Shown in pieces: positions 59,353 to 64,000 of a stretch of 64,000 bases of DNA; positions within the stretch are counted from its first letter, which is position 1; each line of letters opens with the position of its first letter. The stretch lies in assembly GCA_051746405.1 (NCBI GenBank), contig JBNJFB010000001.1, forward strand, positions 96,001-160,000. The letters are read 5' to 3'. The stretch comes from Campylobacterota bacterium (GTDB lineage: Bacteria; Campylobacterota; Campylobacteria; Campylobacterales; Arcobacteraceae). A program made the position numbers and the translations under genes. The notes under the pieces were generated by a model. The model ran no database searches, was not told where the DNA came from, and saw only the letters and a program-made list of their open reading frames with translations.

Positions 59353-61299
59353 TTAATCTTTAAACTTATTCCTAACTTCTAGGAATAAGTTTATATTATT
59401 AAAGAAAATATCCACTAGTTTAGGATCAAAATGTTTTCCCCTTTCTTCTTTAAATAGTTTAAATATCTTATCATCATCCCATGCTTTTTTATAGCATCTA
59501 TTGCTACCTAGTGCATCAAATACATCTGCAATGGCTGTAATTCTTCCATAGATATGAATCTCTTCTTCTTTTAAGTTATTTGGATAGCCAGTGCCATCCC
59601 ATTTTTCATGGTGTTCATATGCAACTATTGCTGCTGTTTTTAAAAGCTGTCTATTAGAGTTTTTTAGCATATCATAGCCTAGTTTTGCATGTGTATTCAT
59701 AATAGTTTTTTCTTCATCTGTTAATTTAGCTGGCTTTTTTAAAATAGCATCAGGAATACCAACTTTTCCTATATCATGCATTGGGCTTGCTTGCTTTAGT
59801 AGCTCCACTTCACTTTGTTCAAGGCCATATTTTTGTGCAAGAATTTTAGAGTATTCAGCTACTCTTCTTACATGATTTCCTGTCTCTTTACTTCTACTTT
59901 CACCAATTGAACCCATTGTAAAAATAATCTCTTTTTGCATATCTTCAATATCTTTTGCATCTGTTATATTTTGCCTCACTGCATTATAACCAATTAGGTT
60001 ATTATTTATATCGTACTCAGGTTCAATCTCTGCACTTACCCAATAATAAGAGCCATCTTTTTTTCTATTTTTTACTTCACCTCTCCAAATCTTCTCTTGC
60101 TTAATTGTCTTCCACATCTGTTTAAATGTCTCTTTTGGCATATCTGGGTGTCTTACTACACTATGAGGTCGTCCTACTAATTCATCTTTTGAAAAGCCTG
60201 AAATATCACAAAATGCTTTACTAACATCTGTAATTGTGCCATTTTTATTGGTTCTTGAAAAAATTACATTTTTATCATAAATTGTCAAAAGTGCTTTTAG
60301 CTTCTGTTTTCTTTTTTCTATCTCTTTAGTTTTTTTGGCTACCTCTTTTGTTAAAAGTTTTGTATAGTTTTTATTAATGAAGTATAAAATAAGAAGTATA
60401 ATAAATATTAAAAGAGCAATTATTTTTGAAAAAAAGTCTGTTTTAAAGTTGTAAATAATAGATTTATCAAGTCTATTCTCTTCAAAGAAAAAGATAAAAA
60501 ACCCCATTTGTTCACCATGAATATCTTTGATTTGAGAGGTTGTCACAAGATAATCTTCAAAAATCATATACTTATCAATATATAAGAACTCTTTTAATTT
60601 ATTTTTTTCAATTTTTTTCATTAACTCTTTTGATGCATCTAAATTAGCAACATAGTTGTTTTTTATAAATAGACCTGTAAAAGGTTTTATAAATCTACTA
60701 GTATAATCTTCATGGACTAACATAATTGGCTCTATATTTATAGATTTGAAAATCTTTGAAATTGAGTTGAATTTTGAAATCATCTCAATCATTCCAATAA
60801 ACTCATTTTCATGGTATAATGGAATCATAGTTTTGAAAGTCATATCAAATCTACCTGTACTAATACCTCTCATTGGTCTTGGATTTTTTATCATATCTAC
60901 AATATCAACTCTTGCAGCTGCTGCATAATCTCCAACTTTATTAGTCCAACTTCTGTAAAAGCTATATCCATTTTTATCAATAATTTGAATCCAAAGATTT
61001 TTATACTCCCCATATTTTTGTATATTTTTGATTGTCTTATTATAGTTTAAAAGTGAGTTATCATCTTTAAGCAGTGCTTTGGTAAGTTGTTTATCTTCAC
61101 TTAGAAGGTATGTTAAAGCAAAAGTTTTTCCAAATTTATTCTCTACTTCTTTATCAAATCTTTTTTTTATCTCTTTTGATTTATTTAAATAAATATCATT
61201 TGTTAAATCATTAATTCTCTTTTTATAATAAAACTCATTTATAATTAAGCTTAGGGTTAAAAGTAAAATTAGTGATATTAATATACTTTTTAAATTCAT
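59353..61299 (-). CDS. HD-GYP cyclic-di-GMP phosphodiesterase with periplasmic sensor and PAS domain
   Basis: Two TM helices, PAS (RHPDMP, KDGSYYWV), HDIGK, HHEKWDGTGYP. Confidence 0.92.
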   Translation of the reverse strand: MNLKSILISLILLLTLSLIINEFYYKKRINDLTNDIYLNKSKEIKKRFDKEVENKFGKTFALTYLLSEDKQLTKALLKDDNSLLNYNKTIKNIQKYGEYKNLWIQIIDKNGYSFYRSWTNKVGDYAAAARVDIVDMIKNPRPMRGISTGRFDMTFKTMIPLYHENEFIGMIEMISKFNSISKIFKSINIEPIMLVHEDYTSRFIKPFTGLFIKNNYVANLDASKELMKKIEKNKLKEFLYIDKYMIFEDYLVTTSQIKDIHGEQMGFFIFFFEENRLDKSIIYNFKTDFFSKIIALLIFIILLILYFINKNYTKLLTKEVAKKTKEIEKRKQKLKALLTIYDKNVIFSRTNKNGTITDVSKAFCDISGFSKDELVGRPHSVVRHPDMPKETFKQMWKTIKQEKIWRGEVKNRKKDGSYYWVSAEIEPEYDINNNLIGYNAVRQNITDAKDIEDMQKEIIFTMGSIGESRSKETGNHVRRVAEYSKILAQKYGLEQSEVELLKQASPMHDIGKVGIPDAILKKPAKLTDEEKTIMNTHAKLGYDMLKNSNRQLLKTAAIVAYEHHEKWDGTGYPNNLKEEEIHIYGRITAIADVFDALGSNRCYKKAWDDDKIFKLFKEERGKHFDPKLVDIFFNNINLFLEVRNKFKD

Positions 61300-61429
61300 T
61301 ATATCTCTTTATATTTTTTATTAATCTAATACTAATTTTATTGAGTTCAAACTTAATATACAAGATAACATAAAATATAACTAATTTTTATAGATAGTCA
61401 TCTAAACAAATCTTTGATACAATACTGCT

Positions 61430-63403
61430 ATGGCAAAATTTATAGTAAAATCAGAGTACTCTCCAGCTGGAGACCAACCAAAGGCTATAGAAGCACTTAG
61501 TGATTCTATAATAAAAGGTAATAAGTTTAATACACTATTAGGTGTAACAGGTAGTGGTAAAACATATACCATGGCTAAGGTTATTGAAAAAACAAAAAAG
61601 CCCACACTTATAATGACTCATAATAAAACTCTTGCAGCACAACTATACTCAGAGTTTAAAGCTTTTTTCCCAAATAATCATGTGGAGTATTTCATCTCTT
61701 ATTATGACTATTATCAACCTGAAGCTTATATTCCAAGAAGTGATTTGTTTATTGAAAAAGATAGTTCTATAAATGAAGAGCTAGAGAGGTTAAGACTAAG
61801 TGCAACTGCATCTTTACTTAGTTTTGATGATGTTATTGTTATTGCTTCTGTTTCAGCTAATTATGGTTTAGGTAACCCAGAAGAGTACAAAGCAATGGTT
61901 CAAAAAATTGAAGTAGGTTTTGAATACTCTCAGCGAGAGTTTTTATTAAAACTTGTAGAGATGGGATACAAAAGAAATGATAAGTTTTTTGACAGGTCTG
62001 ATTTTAGAGTAAATGGTGATGTTATAGATATTTTTCCTGCATACTATGAGGATGAGTTTATTAGAGTAGAGTTTTTTGGTGATGAAGTTGAGATGATTAC
62101 AAAACATGAGTACCTAACAAACAATAAACTACAAGATTTAGATGATATTATTATCTACTCTGTAAATCCATTTGTTGTATCAAATGATAGATTAGCAGTT
62201 GCAGTAAAAGCAATAGAAGAAGAGTTAGAAGAGAGATTAAAAAACTTAAAACAAAATGACAAAATAGTAGAGCATCAAAGACTAAAACAAAGAGTAGAGT
62301 TTGATTTAGAGATGATTGAGGGTACAGGTATGTGTAAGGGAATTGAAAACTATGCAAGACATCTTACAGGTCAAAAGCCAGGTGAGACACCATATTCACT
62401 TATGAACTATTTTGAATCTATGCATGATGATTTTTTACTAATTGTAGATGAGTCCCATGTATCACTACCTCAGTTCAAGGGAATGTATGCAGCAGATAGA
62501 AGTAGAAAAGAGGTACTTGTAGAGTATGGATTTAGACTCCCTAGTGCTTTAGATAATAGACCTTTAAAGTTTGATGAGTTTATTAATAGAAAAGCCTCAT
62601 ACCTTTTTGTAAGTGCAACCCCAAATGAGCTTGAATTAGGAAAGTCTTCAGTTGTAGCAGAACAGATTATTAGACCAACTGGATTGCTTGACCCAGTTAT
62701 TGATATAAAAGATAGTGAATATCAAGTTGAAACTTTACATGATGAGTTAAAAAAAGTAATTAAAAAAGATCAAAGAGCATTAGTTACAGTTCTTACAAAG
62801 AAAATGGCAGAAGAGTTAGCATCATACTATAGTGATTTAGGAATCAAAGTAAAATATATGCATAGTGAAATTGATGCAATTGAAAGAAATCAAATAATAA
62901 GAGAGCTAAGACTTGGAGAGTTTGATGTACTTATTGGAATTAACCTATTAAGAGAAGGGTTAGATATTCCAGAAACCTCCTTAGTTGCTATTTTAGATGC
63001 AGATAAAGAAGGGTTTTTAAGAAGTAAAACATCACTGGTACAAACAATAGGAAGAGCTGCAAGAAATGAAAATGGAAGAGTGATACTATTTGCTAAAAGA
63101 GTTACAGACTCTATGCAGTTTGCAATAGATGAGACAAATAGAAGAAGAGAGATACAGCAAAAGTTCAATGAAGAGCATAATATCACACCAAAATCCACAA
63201 AAAGACAGCTAGATAAAAATCTAAAACTTGAAGAGTACGATACTATTGCTCTAAAAAAAGAGAAAATGGAGAAAATGCCAGCTAGCGAAAGAAAGAAAAT
63301 GTTAGTTGAGTTAAACAAGCAGATGAAAAAAGCCTCAAGTGAATTAAACTTTGAAGAGGCTATTAGAATCAGAGATGAAATTGAGAAGTTAAAAAAACTT
63401 TAA
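61430..63403 (+). CDS. uvrB: Excinuclease ABC subunit B
   Basis: [31 protein letters not shown]. Confidence 0.98.
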   Translation: MAKFIVKSEYSPAGDQPKAIEALSDSIIKGNKFNTLLGVTGSGKTYTMAKVIEKTKKPTLIMTHNKTLAAQLYSEFKAFFPNNHVEYFISYYDYYQPEAYIPRSDLFIEKDSSINEELERLRLSATASLLSFDDVIVIASVSANYGLGNPEEYKAMVQKIEVGFEYSQREFLLKLVEMGYKRNDKFFDRSDFRVNGDVIDIFPAYYEDEFIRVEFFGDEVEMITKHEYLTNNKLQDLDDIIIYSVNPFVVSNDRLAVAVKAIEEELEERLKNLKQNDKIVEHQRLKQRVEFDLEMIEGTGMCKGIENYARHLTGQKPGETPYSLMNYFESMHDDFLLIVDESHVSLPQFKGMYAADRSRKEVLVEYGFRLPSALDNRPLKFDEFINRKASYLFVSATPNELELGKSSVVAEQIIRPTGLLDPVIDIKDSEYQVETLHDELKKVIKKDQRALVTVLTKKMAEELASYYSDLGIKVKYMHSEIDAIERNQIIRELRLGEFDVLIGINLLREGLDIPETSLVAILDADKEGFLRSKTSLVQTIGRAARNENGRVILFAKRVTDSMQFAIDETNRRREIQQKFNEEHNITPKSTKRQLDKNLKLEEYDTIALKKEKMEKMPASERKKMLVELNKQMKKASSELNFEEAIRIRDEIEKLKKL

Positions 63404-63413
63404 AGGAAAAAAG

Positions 63414-64000
63414 GTGCCTAAGAAAGCAACAAGAAAAGATATAGAGATTATTAAAGAAGCATTTATACAAAACTATAGTGATGCGGTTACGGAGCTTAAT
63501 TATAAAAATGATTATGAGCTATTAATATCAATTATTTTAAGTGCACAATGTACTGATAAAAGAGTAAATATAATAACTCCAGCACTATTTGAGAAGTACC
63601 CATCAGTGTTTGAATTAGCAGATGCTTCTTTAGAAGATGTAAAAGAGCTTATTCGAAGTTGTTCATTTTTTAATAATAAAGCAAAAAATATTATAAAAAT
63701 GGCACAAAGCGTTATTGGTGATTTTGATGGAAATATTCCTCACAATGAAAAAGACTTGATTAAGCTTGCAGGTGTTGGAAATAAAACAGCAAATGTTTTT
63801 ATGATTGAGTTTAAAGGTGCAAATCTTATGGCTGTTGATACCCATGTATTTAGAGTCTCACATAGATTAGGACTAAGTGATGCAAAAAATGTAAATGAAA
63901 CAGAAAAGCAGCTAGTAAAGAAACTAAAAGGGGATGATTTACATATTTTCCATCAAGCAATGGTTCTATTTGGAAGATATATTTGTAAAGCAGTTAAACC
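63414..64000 (+). CDS. nth: Endonuclease III (partial, runs off the window)
   Basis: GTG start; LSAQCTDKRVN, LAGVGNKTANV, AVDTHVFRV, FGRYICKA. Confidence 0.93.
   Translation, partial: MPKKATRKDIEIIKEAFIQNYSDAVTELNYKNDYELLISIILSAQCTDKRVNIITPALFEKYPSVFELADASLEDVKELIRSCSFFNNKAKNIIKMAQSVIGDFDGNIPHNEKDLIKLAGVGNKTANVFMIEFKGANLMAVDTHVFRVSHRLGLSDAKNVNETEKQLVKKLKGDDLHIFHQAMVLFGRYICKAVK

Overview
AT-rich bacterial chromosome segment, most likely Campylobacterota of the family Arcobacteraceae (inferred from the epsilon-type NifU sequence, cheV and overall gene style). It opens with the 3' part of a type III-A CRISPR-Cas locus: cas10 C-terminus, csm2-csm3-csm4-csm5, then a membrane-anchored, receiver-like protein in the position of an ancillary effector, followed by a 37-repeat/36-spacer array whose repeat switches its last base from T to C partway along. 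The rest holds two RND efflux systems, an Mrp/Pha Na+/H+ antiporter operon, a zinc-uptake cluster (Fur/Zur, ZnuA-like, fused ZevAB-like, ZupT), two Cys/Met PLP enzymes, a complete sufBCDSE-sufT operon facing an N-terminally truncated NifU, an uncharacterised four-gene M20 peptidase / two ATP-grasp ligases / M14 carboxypeptidase operon, and core genes (argH, cheV, tcdA, greA, argC, uvrB, nth). The best candidates for new biology are the CRISPR membrane effector, the spacer content of the array and the ATP-grasp/peptidase operon. All family assignments come from reading motifs by eye; no searches were run.
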